Assembly: GCA_003535955.1 (NCBI GenBank)
Contig: DPZM01000024.1
Location: forward strand, 1-38,908
Direction: 5' to 3'
Length of the DNA: 38,908 nucleotides
Source of the DNA: Lachnospiraceae bacterium
Lineage (GTDB): Bacteria > Bacillota > Clostridia > Lachnospirales > Lachnospiraceae
In this document: positions 11,353-20,385 of the stretch, one piece after another
Position numbering within the stretch: the stretch's first letter is position 1
Layout: each line of letters opens with the position of its first letter
The notes under the pieces: generated by a model
What the model was told of the DNA's origin: nothing
Seen by the model: only the letters and a program-made list of their open reading frames with translations
Database searches by the model: none
Made by a program: the position numbers and the translations under genes

Positions 11353-12228
11353 ATGAGAAATACCGATCCAAGTGAAAGAGAGATAGAGCTTAGGGCCAGG
11401 ATCAAGGACAGAAAGAGAATAGTAGTAAAGATAGGGTCTTCATCACTGCATCACATGTCTACAGGAGAGTTAAACCTTACCAAGATGGAGAGGCTGGTCA
11501 GAGAACTGTGTGAACTTAAGAATCAGGGTAAGGACGTTATCCTGGTCTCATCGGGTGCTATAGCTGTGGGCAAGAAGGTAATGAACATTAAGCCTACGGA
11601 TAAGGATATACCGGTCAAGCAGGCATGTGCTGCAATAGGCCAGGCAAGACTTATGATGATATATCAGAAGCTGTTTGCCGAATACAACCATACGACAGCC
11701 CAGATACTTATGACCAAGCATACAATAGTTGATGATGTCAACAGGAGAAATGCCCACAACACGTTCACGGAGCTTCTTAAAATGGGAGTCATTCCCGTTG
11801 TTAATGAGAATGATACTGTTGCCGTACATGAGGTAGAGGATACTATAGGAGATAATGATTTCCTCTCGGCAATTGTAGCTTATCTTGTGGGCGCGGATAT
11901 GCTTATCCTTCTTTCCGATATAGACGGCCTGTATACCGATGATCCGAGAGAGAATAAGAATGCGAAGTTTATTTCTCTTGTGGAGAATCTTAACGATGTT
12001 ATGGATATGGGCAAGGAGTCAACCGGAAGCATGATAGGAACCGGAGGAATGAGTGCCAAGCTTCATGCGGCAACCGTTGCGGTTAATGCCGGCGCCGACA
12101 TGGTAATAGCGAACGGAAAGGACGTAAGCGTTATCCATAAGATCATGGAGGGCAGAAATTACGGGACCCTCTTTGAGTCGGACAGGGATGAGAATTTTGA
12201 TATTGCGGAATTCATAGACAGGACATGA
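11353..12228 (+). CDS. proB: glutamate 5-kinase (short form without PUA domain)
   Basis: VVKIGSSSL, LVSSGAIAVG, ENDTVAV, GDNDFLSA motifs. ATG 11353 with GAGGA 6 nt upstream is preferred over the listed TTG at 11332. Confidence 0.9.
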   Translation: MRNTDPSEREIELRARIKDRKRIVVKIGSSSLHHMSTGELNLTKMERLVRELCELKNQGKDVILVSSGAIAVGKKVMNIKPTDKDIPVKQACAAIGQARLMMIYQKLFAEYNHTTAQILMTKHTIVDDVNRRNAHNTFTELLKMGVIPVVNENDTVAVHEVEDTIGDNDFLSAIVAYLVGADMLILLSDIDGLYTDDPRENKNAKFISLVENLNDVMDMGKESTGSMIGTGGMSAKLHAATVAVNAGADMVIANGKDVSVIHKIMEGRNYGTLFESDRDENFDIAEFIDRT

Positions 12229-12250
12229 CATGTAACCGGAAGGAAACCAT

Positions 12251-12472
12251 ATGGATCTTGAAGAAAAGATAAAGAGGATAAATGAACTGTATCATAAATC
12301 GCAGGATGTCGGTCTTACCGATGAAGAGAAGGAAGAACAGAAGAGGCTCAGACAGGAGTATGTGGATTCCGTAAGGAATAACCTAAGGAACCAGCTTGAT
12401 AACATAAACATACAGGAAGTCGACGGATCCATTACAAATCTTGGCAAAAAATACGGTAAGAAAAATGACTGA
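12251..12472 (+). CDS. DUF896 (UPF0291, YnzC-like) small protein
   Basis: 73 aa, INELYHKSQDVGLTDEEKEEQKRLRQEYV pattern characteristic of DUF896. Confidence 0.8.
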   Translation: MDLEEKIKRINELYHKSQDVGLTDEEKEEQKRLRQEYVDSVRNNLRNQLDNINIQEVDGSITNLGKKYGKKND

Positions 12473-13043
12473 TCCAAGCATCCTGAAAAAGGAAATAAGG
12501 AAACGCCTTATATATGAACGGGGTCATATAGATGAAAAAGACCGAAAGCAGAATGATCTTAAGATCTTTAATAAGCTTGTGGGATTAAGAGAATACAGGG
12601 AAGCAGACCTCATACTTGTTTATGCATCATATAATGGAGAGGTTGACACTTCCCGCCTTATTGAAAGAGCTCTGGCGGATGGCAAGAGGGTTGCCTGCCC
12701 AAGCTGCAGGATAGAGGATGATGAGCCCTTGCTTGAATTTTACAGGATCACCTCTTTCGATGACCTTAGACCCGGGTTTAAAGGGATACCCGAGCCGTGC
12801 ACAGGCAGCAGAGATAAGCTTACCCTTGAAGAGACAGACGGGTGCCTTGTTATAGTCCCGCTTGTAGGTTACGATAAGGCAAACAACCGGCTAGGTTATG
12901 GGAAGGGATTTTACGACAGGTTTTTTGCTTCCCATAAGGCTCTTAAGAAGATAGGACTTGCTTACCTGTGCCAGGAGGAAGAAAAGCTTCCCACAGATGA
13001 TCATGATGTAAAACTTGATATGATAATAAATGAAAAGGATTAA
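12465..13043 (+). CDS. 5-formyltetrahydrofolate cyclo-ligase
   Basis: LRKEIRK-type N-terminus, PLVGYDKANNRLGYGKGFYDRF signature. ATG 12465 overlaps the DUF896 stop by 8 nt. Listed 12441 is a TTG. Confidence 0.85.
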   Translation: MTDPSILKKEIRKRLIYERGHIDEKDRKQNDLKIFNKLVGLREYREADLILVYASYNGEVDTSRLIERALADGKRVACPSCRIEDDEPLLEFYRITSFDDLRPGFKGIPEPCTGSRDKLTLEETDGCLVIVPLVGYDKANNRLGYGKGFYDRFFASHKALKKIGLAYLCQEEEKLPTDDHDVKLDMIINEKD

Positions 13044-13059
13044 GCTTTAAGGAGCATTT

Positions 13060-14484
13060 ATGAGGGAATCGATCTTTGACCTTGCCCCCGGGACGGAACC
13101 CGAGAGGCAGTATTATTTTATAGAGAATGCCGCAGGTCTTATAAGGAAAAAAGAGGAGGAGGCAGGTCATCCCCTTTCCTTCCATGTTACCACCTTTGGC
13201 TGTCAGATGAATGCCAAGGATTCCGAAAAGATGGAAGGAATACTTGAAAGGACTGGACTTACGCCCTGTGACAATGAGAAGGAAGCAGACTTTGTACTCT
13301 TTAACACCTGTACCATAAGGGATAATGCCAACCAGAAGTTCTACGGACATCTGGGTTCCCTTAACGGTAAGGACTGCAGGAAGGACAGGATCGTTGCCGT
13401 ATGCGGCTGTATGATGCAGGAAGAAGAATGTGTTGAAAAACTTAAGACTTCCTACAGGTTTGTGAATATCATTTTCGGAACCCATAATATATACAAGCTT
13501 GCAGAGCTTTTGTGCAGGTACCTTGAAAATGATGAGACGGTCATTGATGTCTGGGACAAACCCGGTGATATAGTTGAGGATATTCCCTCGGCAAGAAAAT
13601 ACCCCTTTAAGTCCGGAGTCAATATAATGTACGGCTGCAACAATTACTGCACCTATTGTATTGTGCCTTATGTCCGCGGAAATGAGAGAAGCAGGGATGC
13701 GAGAGAGATAATACGCGAATGCGAGAAGCTTGCGGGTGAAGGAGTTAAGGAGGTAATGCTCCTTGGACAGAATGTCAATTCCTACGGAAACGGTACGGAA
13801 GGGTCGATGAGCTTCCCCAAGCTGCTAAGAGAGGTTGAGAAGGTTGAAGGGATTGAGAGGATACGCTTTATGACATCCCATCCCAAGGACCTGTCGGATG
13901 AACTGATAGAGGTGATGAAGGATTCCGGGAAGATATGCAGGCATATACATCTTCCCCTTCAGTCAGGAAGCAGCAGGATACTTAAGGCCATGAACAGAAG
14001 GTATGATAAGGAGAGTTATCTTGAACTTGCGCTCAAGATAAGGAGGGAGCTTCCCGATACCTCAATAACGACCGATATTATCGTCGGCTTTCCGGGTGAG
14101 ACAACAGAGGATGTTGATGATACCATAGATGTAATTAAGAAGGTCGGTTTTGAAGGGGCATTCACGTTTATCTATTCGCCGCGCACGGGTACACCGGCTG
14201 CGAAGATGGAAGGAAGGCAGGATGATAAATGGATAAAGCGTGAATTTGACAGGGTCCTTAAGACCGTTCAGGAAGAAAGCAGGATCCATGCGGGCAGGTT
14301 TTTGGGAGATACACAGGAGGTTCTCGTTGAGGAAATAAACACACAGGATGCTGCCCTTGTAACCGGCAGGATGGGCAATAACCTTATGGTGCATTTCCCG
14401 GGGGATAAGAGCCTTGTCGGCAGGATAGTAAATGTAAGGCTTACGGAATACCGCGGCTTCTATTATATGGGAGAAGCCGTCTGA
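13060..14484 (+). CDS. miaB: tRNA (N6-isopentenyl adenosine(37)-C2)-methylthiotransferase
   Basis: MTTase N-domain TFGCQMN, radical-SAM YGCNNYCTYCIVPY, C-terminal TRAM domain. SD AAGGAG. Confidence 0.9.
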   Translation: MRESIFDLAPGTEPERQYYFIENAAGLIRKKEEEAGHPLSFHVTTFGCQMNAKDSEKMEGILERTGLTPCDNEKEADFVLFNTCTIRDNANQKFYGHLGSLNGKDCRKDRIVAVCGCMMQEEECVEKLKTSYRFVNIIFGTHNIYKLAELLCRYLENDETVIDVWDKPGDIVEDIPSARKYPFKSGVNIMYGCNNYCTYCIVPYVRGNERSRDAREIIRECEKLAGEGVKEVMLLGQNVNSYGNGTEGSMSFPKLLREVEKVEGIERIRFMTSHPKDLSDELIEVMKDSGKICRHIHLPLQSGSSRILKAMNRRYDKESYLELALKIRRELPDTSITTDIIVGFPGETTEDVDDTIDVIKKVGFEGAFTFIYSPRTGTPAAKMEGRQDDKWIKREFDRVLKTVQEESRIHAGRFLGDTQEVLVEEINTQDAALVTGRMGNNLMVHFPGDKSLVGRIVNVRLTEYRGFYYMGEAV

Positions 14485-14534
14485 ATAGTTACAAATTGTT
14501 ATATTTTAAGTAATAAAGATTTTGGGAGGAAATT

Positions 14535-15827
14535 ATGAGCAAACCGATGACAATGACACAGAAGATACTGGCTTCTCACGCAGGATTGCCTTACGTGGAA
14601 GCCGGACAGCTTATCGAGGCGGACCTTGATCTTGTTCTGGGTAATGATATCACGAGTCCCGTTGCCATTACGGAAATGGGTAAGATGAGCAGACAGTCTG
14701 TTTTTGACAAGGATAAGATAGCCCTCGTAATGGATCATTTTACGCCCAACAAGGATATCAAATCGGCCGAGAACTGCAAGTGCGTACGTGAATTCGCGAT
14801 AAGACATGAGATTAGCAATTTCTATGATGTGGGAGAGATGGGAATAGAGCATGCCCTTCTTCCGGAAAAAGGACTTGCCGTAGCGGGAGATGCGATAATA
14901 GGAGCTGACTCACATACCTGTACCTACGGTGCGCTGGGAGCCTTCTCAACAGGAGTGGGAAGCACCGATATGGCAGCCGGAATGGTTACCGGCAAGGCCT
15001 GGTTCAAGGTTCCTTCCGCAATAAAGTTTAATTTAACGGGTAAGCCTTCGCAGTGGGTGAGCGGCAAGGATGTGATCCTCCATATAATCGGTATGATAGG
15101 GGTTGACGGAGCCCTCTACAAGTCAATGGAATTCACAGGGGAAGGCGTTAAAAACCTTACCATGGATGACCGTTTTACTATCGCCAATATGGCTATTGAA
15201 GCAGGCGGCAAGAACGGGATATTCCCTGTGGATGAGCTTACCGAAGAATACATGAAGGCTCACGGAAGCCGTCCTTATAAAGTATATGAGGCTGATCCCG
15301 ATGCCGTATATGATGAGGAATATACCATTGATCTGTCGGCACTTAAACCTACCGTAGCCTTCCCTCATCTTCCCGAGAATACTCATACCGTTGATGAGAT
15401 AAAGGATCCGATAAAGATAGATCAGGCAGTTATAGGCTCATGTACCAACGGACGTATAGATGACTTAAGGACAGCGGCCAGGGTGCTTAAAGGCAAACAT
15501 GTAAAGAAGGGGGTACGCTGCATAGTTATTCCCGCAACTCAGGCAATATATCTTCAGGCAATAGAGGAAGGGCTTGTCAGGACCTTTATCGAGGCAGGAG
15601 CTATAGTATCAACTCCCACCTGCGGTCCCTGCCTCGGAGGCCACACAGGCATACTTGCATCGGGTGAGAAATGTGTTTCGACAACCAACAGGAACTTTGT
15701 GGGACGTATGGGAGCGGTTGATTCCGAAATATATCTTGCATCACCTGCGGTTGCTGCCGCAAGTGCGATCGAAGGATATATATGTGCACCGAATCAGGAT
15801 CAAACCATTGTGCAGGATAAAGGATGA
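14535..15827 (+). CDS. leuC: 3-isopropylmalate dehydratase large subunit (short LeuC/HacA type aconitase-family protein)
   Basis: Aconitase-family Fe-S ligand motifs GADSHTC, GSCTNGR, CGPCLGG. SD GGGAGG. No leuA/leuB nearby, so a homoaconitase- or citramalate-pathway role cannot be excluded. Confidence 0.85.
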   Translation: MSKPMTMTQKILASHAGLPYVEAGQLIEADLDLVLGNDITSPVAITEMGKMSRQSVFDKDKIALVMDHFTPNKDIKSAENCKCVREFAIRHEISNFYDVGEMGIEHALLPEKGLAVAGDAIIGADSHTCTYGALGAFSTGVGSTDMAAGMVTGKAWFKVPSAIKFNLTGKPSQWVSGKDVILHIIGMIGVDGALYKSMEFTGEGVKNLTMDDRFTIANMAIEAGGKNGIFPVDELTEEYMKAHGSRPYKVYEADPDAVYDEEYTIDLSALKPTVAFPHLPENTHTVDEIKDPIKIDQAVIGSCTNGRIDDLRTAARVLKGKHVKKGVRCIVIPATQAIYLQAIEEGLVRTFIEAGAIVSTPTCGPCLGGHTGILASGEKCVSTTNRNFVGRMGAVDSEIYLASPAVAAASAIEGYICAPNQDQTIVQDKG

Positions 15828-15858
15828 AGGAAATACGAAAAGATAAGAGGAGACAACA

Positions 15859-16347
15859 ATGAAAGCAGAAGGAAAAGCATATAAATACGGTGATAATGTA
15901 GATACCGATGTCATCATACCGGCAAGGTATCTGGCCATACAGGACAGGGAAGAACTTGCGACGCACTGTATGGAGGATATAGATAAGGACTTTGTGAATA
16001 AGATAAAGAAGGGGGATATTCTTGTTGCAGGCAAGAACTTCGGCTGCGGCTCATCAAGAGAGCATGCCCCGCTTGTTATAAAGGTTTCGGGAATAAGCTG
16101 TGTCATAGCGGAGACCTTTGCAAGGATATTCTACCGGAATGCGATAAATATCGGTCTTCCCATCATAGAATGCAGGGAGGCTTCCGAAAGGATCGACGAT
16201 ACAGATGATGTTGAGATCGATTTCGACAGCGGTATCATCAGAAACATAACAAAGAACGAGGAGTACAAGGGACAGCCCTTCCCGGAATTCATGCAGAAGA
16301 TCATTAAGGCGGAAGGACTTGTTAACTACATAAACTCAAATAATTAA
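15859..16347 (+). CDS. leuD: 3-isopropylmalate dehydratase small subunit (short LeuD type)
   Basis: 162 aa, [13 protein letters not shown] swivel-domain motif. SD AGAGGAG. Confidence 0.85.
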   Translation: MKAEGKAYKYGDNVDTDVIIPARYLAIQDREELATHCMEDIDKDFVNKIKKGDILVAGKNFGCGSSREHAPLVIKVSGISCVIAETFARIFYRNAINIGLPIIECREASERIDDTDDVEIDFDSGIIRNITKNEEYKGQPFPEFMQKIIKAEGLVNYINSNN

Positions 16348-16350
16348 GAG

Positions 16351-16381
16351 AAAACACCATCCTCGGGATGGTGTTTTTTTT
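16351..16381 (+). terminator. intrinsic terminator after leuD
   Basis: ACACCATCC (16354-16362) / GGATGGTGT (16366-16374) stem, 3-nt loop, followed by a run of 7 T. Confidence 0.85.
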
Positions 16382-16386
16382 GATGC

Positions 16387-16415
16387 TTGAAACATGTGTT
16401 CGGATGTGATAGAAT
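16387..16415 (+). promoter_or_regulatory. sigma-A-type promoter with extended -10, directly abutting the next start codon
   Basis: -35 TTGAAA (16387-16392), 17-nt spacer, TGa-TAGAAT (-10 at 16410-16415). Only 6 nt separate the -10 from ATG 16422. Confidence 0.6.
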
Positions 16416-16421
16416 GCACAT

Positions 16422-16799
16422 ATGTTTAAATATTTCGGCAGGAATGACTGTATACTTATTGCGGTTTTGATACTCGGAGCGCTCGCCGCTGCCTGCATTT
16501 ATCACATTTCCGGTAAAGACGGTAAGCTTGCAAGGGTGTATGTTGATGGTACACTGACCGGAGAATATCTTCTTTCGGAAGATGCAAGAATTGACATAAA
16601 CGGGTACGGCGGCGGGATCAATACACTTGTAATAGAGGATGGTGCTGCATTTATTGAGGAAGCTGACTGCCCTGATAAATTATGCGTTCACCAGGGCAGG
16701 GTAAGCAGGGAAGGAATGGAGCTTGTATGCCTTCCCAACAGGGTGGTCGTAAGGATAGCAGGGAAGGATGAGAATGAAACAGATGCTTACACATGGTAA
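16422..16799 (+). CDS. NusG domain II-containing membrane-anchored protein
   Basis: N-terminal TM helix, then ARVYVDG...INTLVIEDGAAFIEEADCPDKLCVHQG...LVCLPNRVVV pattern of NusG_II proteins. Usual partner of Gx transporter genes. Confidence 0.75.
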   Translation: MFKYFGRNDCILIAVLILGALAAACIYHISGKDGKLARVYVDGTLTGEYLLSEDARIDINGYGGGINTLVIEDGAAFIEEADCPDKLCVHQGRVSREGMELVCLPNRVVVRIAGKDENETDAYTW

Positions 16800-17328
16800 T
16801 GAAGGCCCTTCCGGAAGGATTGCATTAACGGCTCTTATGACATCACTTGCGGCAGTGGCCGGATATCTTGAGATGCTTTTTCCGATAGATATCTTCGGTA
16901 TCCCGGGTGTTAAGCCGGGGCTTGCAAATATAGTATCTGTTATTGTCCTGTATATGTTCGGGCCGGCATATGCATTTATGGTGATGGCTGTAAGGGTCAT
17001 TCTGATCGGATTTATGTTCGGCAATATGTACTCTGTAATATACGGGCTTACCGGCGGTGTATTCAGCGTGACGGTCATGTATCTGCTTAAAAAAACAGGA
17101 CTTTTTAAATGCACGGGTGTGAGCGCGGCCGGAGGTGCTGCCCACAATATCGGACAGCTGCTGGTTGCCCGGGTGACCCTGGGTGAGCTTAACCTTGTAT
17201 ATTATATGCCGGTCCTTGTTTTATTTGGGACTTTGTTCGGAAGCATTTCAGGTGTACTTTCGGAAATGATCTACGAAAGGATCAGTAAGGGGGATAACAA
17301 TGATAGGATTTTTGAGAGGGAAGCTTGA
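16774..17328 (+). CDS. Gx transporter family protein (heptaprenyl diphosphate synthase component I-like membrane protein)
   Basis: About 5 TM segments, PGVKPGLANIV motif. ATG 16774 sits 6 nt after GGAAGG; 16768 and 16783 are alternative starts. Overlaps neighbours on both sides. Confidence 0.75.
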   Translation: MKQMLTHGNEGPSGRIALTALMTSLAAVAGYLEMLFPIDIFGIPGVKPGLANIVSVIVLYMFGPAYAFMVMAVRVILIGFMFGNMYSVIYGLTGGVFSVTVMYLLKKTGLFKCTGVSAAGGAAHNIGQLLVARVTLGELNLVYYMPVLVLFGTLFGSISGVLSEMIYERISKGDNNDRIFEREA

Positions 17329-17908
17329 AGCCATATACGATGAACGGATCGTAATAGATGTAAACGGTATGGGCTTTAATGTCAGCATGCCGGTAAGAGA
17401 GCTTGAGCTGCTTGAGCCCATGGGGTCTGATGTAAAGGTTTATACTTATCTTGCTGTACGTGAGGATGCCATGCAGCTGTATGGATTTATCACAGCCGAT
17501 TCATTGGAGCTTTTCAAGCTCCTTATACAGGTAAACGGAATAGGCCCCAAGGGAGCGTTGGCCCTGTTATCGGCAATGAGTGTTGAGGATCTTCGGTTCG
17601 CAATAATGTCAGGGGATGTAGGGACCATATCAAAGGCGCCGGGTATTGGGGCCAAGACTGCACAACGCCTTATCATAGACCTTAAGGATAAGGTAAGCGT
17701 CCGTGACATGCTTAATACATATTCCGTTAATAATATGTCAGCTGTACCTTCCGAGATGAATTCCGCGAGGGCCGAAGCAATAGAAGCACTGACTGCTCTT
17801 GGCTACAGCTCCACGGATGCATTAAGGGCAGTACGGGAATCGGGAGCTGATGAAGCTGCCGATACCGAGACTATCATTAAGCTTGCCTTCAAGCAGCTTG
17901 CAAGGTGA
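17300..17908 (+). CDS. ruvA: Holliday junction branch migration complex subunit RuvA
   Basis: MIGFLRGKL start, HhH motifs VNGIGPKGALALL and APGIGAKTAQRLI. SD AAGGGGGA. Confidence 0.95.
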   Translation: MIGFLRGKLEAIYDERIVIDVNGMGFNVSMPVRELELLEPMGSDVKVYTYLAVREDAMQLYGFITADSLELFKLLIQVNGIGPKGALALLSAMSVEDLRFAIMSGDVGTISKAPGIGAKTAQRLIIDLKDKVSVRDMLNTYSVNNMSAVPSEMNSARAEAIEALTALGYSSTDALRAVRESGADEAADTETIIKLAFKQLAR

Positions 17909-17916
17909 GGTGAGAT

Positions 17917-18924
17917 ATGGAGAAGCGATCGATCGAAACACGACTTACTGAAGAGGATGTTAAGATAGAAGGGTCACTCAGACCTCAGTATCTTAATGAT
18001 TATATAGGGCAGGAGAAGTTAAAGAGCACGCTGAAGATCTATATAGAGGCGGCGAAGAAGAGAAATGATCCCCTGGACCATGTGCTCTTTTACGGCCCTC
18101 CCGGTCTTGGCAAGACAACATTGGCCTGCATCATAGCCAATGAGATGGGTGTAAACATCAAGACAACATCCGGGCCGGCCATAGAGAAGCCGGGTGACAT
18201 GGCAGCGATACTTAATAACCTTAAGGAGGGTGACGTCCTCTTTATCGATGAGATACACAGGCTCAACAGACAGGTCGAGGAAGTGCTCTATCCCGCAATG
18301 GAGGACTATGCCATAGATATCATGATCGGCAAGGGGGCCGGAGCCAAGTCAATCAGGATCGATCTTCCAAGGTTTACACTGGTAGGGGCTACAACAAGGG
18401 CGGGACTGTTGACGGCACCGCTGCGTGACAGGTTCGGTGTCATACACAGGCTGGAATTCTATACCAATGAAGAGCTTAAGACCATAATACAACACTCGGC
18501 CGTGATACTTGATGTTAAGGTGGATGAGGATGGTGCCATGGAGATGGCCAGAAGGAGCCGGGGAACACCGAGGCTTGCCAATCGTCTTCTGAAGCGGGTG
18601 CGTGACTTTGCCCAGGTCAGGTTTGACGGTGATATAACCGATGATGTGGCAAGGCAGGCCCTTGATCTTATGGATGTTGACAGGATGGGACTTGATCATA
18701 TTGACAGGAATTATATCATGACTATGATAAACAAGTTCGACGGCGGACCGGTGGGGCTTGATACGATAGCAGCTGCAATAGGTGAGGATTCGGGAACGAT
18801 TGAAGATGTTTACGAGCCCTACCTTATCATGAACGGCTTCATAAACAGGACACCAAGGGGAAGGGTGGCGGCCAAGGCTGCCTATGACCACTTCGGTTTG
18901 GCTTTGGATAAAGCCGAAGAATAA
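17917..18924 (+). CDS. ruvB: Holliday junction DNA helicase RuvB
   Basis: Walker [10 protein letters not shown], Walker [37 protein letters not shown]. Confidence 0.95.
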   Translation: MEKRSIETRLTEEDVKIEGSLRPQYLNDYIGQEKLKSTLKIYIEAAKKRNDPLDHVLFYGPPGLGKTTLACIIANEMGVNIKTTSGPAIEKPGDMAAILNNLKEGDVLFIDEIHRLNRQVEEVLYPAMEDYAIDIMIGKGAGAKSIRIDLPRFTLVGATTRAGLLTAPLRDRFGVIHRLEFYTNEELKTIIQHSAVILDVKVDEDGAMEMARRSRGTPRLANRLLKRVRDFAQVRFDGDITDDVARQALDLMDVDRMGLDHIDRNYIMTMINKFDGGPVGLDTIAAAIGEDSGTIEDVYEPYLIMNGFINRTPRGRVAAKAAYDHFGLALDKAEE

Positions 18925-18980
18925 ATAAATGTTACATAAATATTAAAATATGATTTTTTTTAAAATTAAGAATTTTTCTG

Positions 18981-19008
18981 ATGACAAGATAAAAATATTT
19001 GCTATAAT
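18981..19008 (+). promoter_or_regulatory. sigma-A-type promoter with extended -10 in the AT-rich ruvB-downstream spacer
   Basis: -35 ATGACA (18981-18986), 16-nt spacer, TGc-TATAAT (-10 at 19003-19008). Confidence 0.55.
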
Positions 19009-19054
19009 TATATATGGGTAATTTTATTTGTCACATAAGAAAGGGGACGAGTAT

Positions 19055-19966
19055 ATGAAAGGGAAACAATTAATAGGGGTAGGCGCAGTATGTCTGGCTG
19101 CAGCCTTAACATTCGGTGTACCCACAACCGTTAGGGCTGATGCTTTGCCCTGTACGGTAGCTTATCTTAATCAGGCAAAGGCGCAGCAGTCCGCAGCAGC
19201 AGCGGAACTTAATTCGGCCAAGGCTGTACTGGCTGAGAAGCAGGCCAAGCTCAATTCATTCACATCAGCGGGTATCAATTCGGGAACTGATTACCTTAAT
19301 GCGGTAAATGAACTACAGGCAGCACAGGGACAGGTAGAGATCAAGCTAAGCAGGCTTAATGATGCCAACAGTTTTGTGAAGGATTGTGAGAGCAAGTACG
19401 CGGTTGAGGACAATGCCGACAAGTCTTATAAAGCGCTTCAGGATGTAAATGCCCTTCAGGCTGCCAAGCTGGCATATGATAATGCACAGGCTATTGCAAA
19501 TGCGGCATTGACTGCGGTTAATAATACCAAGGCAGCTATAGCGGGTTATCAGACACAGCTGGCAACAAGTCCTGCCGTACAGTCACAGATTGATGCATTG
19601 AATGTTCAGCTCAATTCGCAGACAGCTGATTATAATAACAAGCAGGCAATCGCGGATCAGAAGAAGGCAGCTTATTCGGCTTTACTTAATTCCGGCTGGG
19701 CTTCATATGACAAGAAGCCGATCGAATATATTTATAACAGGGATGATATGAGATCTTATACGGTAACTGACCTTAACAAAGACGGCAAGGTCGATGGCGA
19801 AGATTTCTTTATCGGTATAGGCTATGTACAGGGTGGAGGTAAGAACGATCCCATATACAGACAGGATCATTACCTCGAAGAGGCAAGGAATGTTCCGATT
19901 CATTGGATGGAAGCATATTTCAATGAATATAATCAGGCCAGGTATAAATATAAGTCATCGCATTAA
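19055..19966 (+). CDS. secreted Ala/Gln/Asn-rich coiled-coil protein with C-terminal Ca-binding (EF-hand/dockerin-like) loop
   Basis: ATG 19055 with SD AAAGGGGA (listed 19028 is a TTG). Signal peptide MKGKQLIGVGAVCLAAALTFGVPTTVRA/DA. Long heptad-like A/Q/N-rich region. DLNKDGKVDGED at 19769-19804. Confidence 0.7.
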   Translation: MKGKQLIGVGAVCLAAALTFGVPTTVRADALPCTVAYLNQAKAQQSAAAAELNSAKAVLAEKQAKLNSFTSAGINSGTDYLNAVNELQAAQGQVEIKLSRLNDANSFVKDCESKYAVEDNADKSYKALQDVNALQAAKLAYDNAQAIANAALTAVNNTKAAIAGYQTQLATSPAVQSQIDALNVQLNSQTADYNNKQAIADQKKAAYSALLNSGWASYDKKPIEYIYNRDDMRSYTVTDLNKDGKVDGEDFFIGIGYVQGGGKNDPIYRQDHYLEEARNVPIHWMEAYFNEYNQARYKYKSSH

Positions 19967-19981
19967 CAGAGGTGAATAATA

Positions 19982-20341
19982 ATGTCTTCAAAGAACGATA
20001 CGGAAGTTATTATCGGCGGTAAGGTCATTCGCTTGAGCGGTTACGAGAGTGAGGAATATCTCCAGAAGGTTGCTGCTTATATTAATGGTAAGATAGCTGA
20101 ATATGAGAAAGTTGACTCTTTCAGAAGACAGCCTCTTGATATGCAGAATGTATTGATACAGCTAAATGTGGCTGATGACTATTTTAAAGCGAAAAAAGAG
20201 CTTGAAGAACTGACAGAGGAGCTTGAAGCCAAGGATAAGGAGCTGTATGATATCAAGCATGAATTGATCGCTGCGCAGATAAAGATGGAAAGCAAGGATA
20301 AAATGATAAAGGATTATCAGAAAGAATTATCCAAAATATGA
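19982..20341 (+). CDS. zapA: cell division protein ZapA
   Basis: 119 aa, VIIGGKVIRLSGYESEEYLQKVAAYINGKI N-domain plus C-terminal coiled coil. SD GAGGTGA. Confidence 0.85.
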   Translation: MSSKNDTEVIIGGKVIRLSGYESEEYLQKVAAYINGKIAEYEKVDSFRRQPLDMQNVLIQLNVADDYFKAKKELEELTEELEAKDKELYDIKHELIAAQIKMESKDKMIKDYQKELSKI

Positions 20342-20347
20342 TTTTAT

Positions 20348-20376
20348 GGGGCTGTCAATGACAGCCCCTCATTTTT
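20348..20376 (+). terminator. intrinsic terminator after zapA
   Basis: GGGGCTGTCA (20348-20357) / TGACAGCCCC (20359-20368) inverted repeat followed by TCATTTTT. Confidence 0.8.
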
Positions 20377-20385
20377 GACTGAAAT

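Noticed and set aside
14485-14534. Possible T-box or leucine leader upstream of leuC
   Set aside because: The spacer is only 50 nt, is AT-rich, and has no specifier or antiterminator-like structure. It is too short for a T-box.
9967-18891. Other 170-190-aa minus-strand ORFs (9967..10500, 12943..13485, 18349..18891, 36695..37258)
   Set aside because: Each is embedded antisense in a confidently assigned plus-strand gene (FAD protein, 5-FCL/miaB, ruvB, lanM). None has motifs or ribosome-binding sites.
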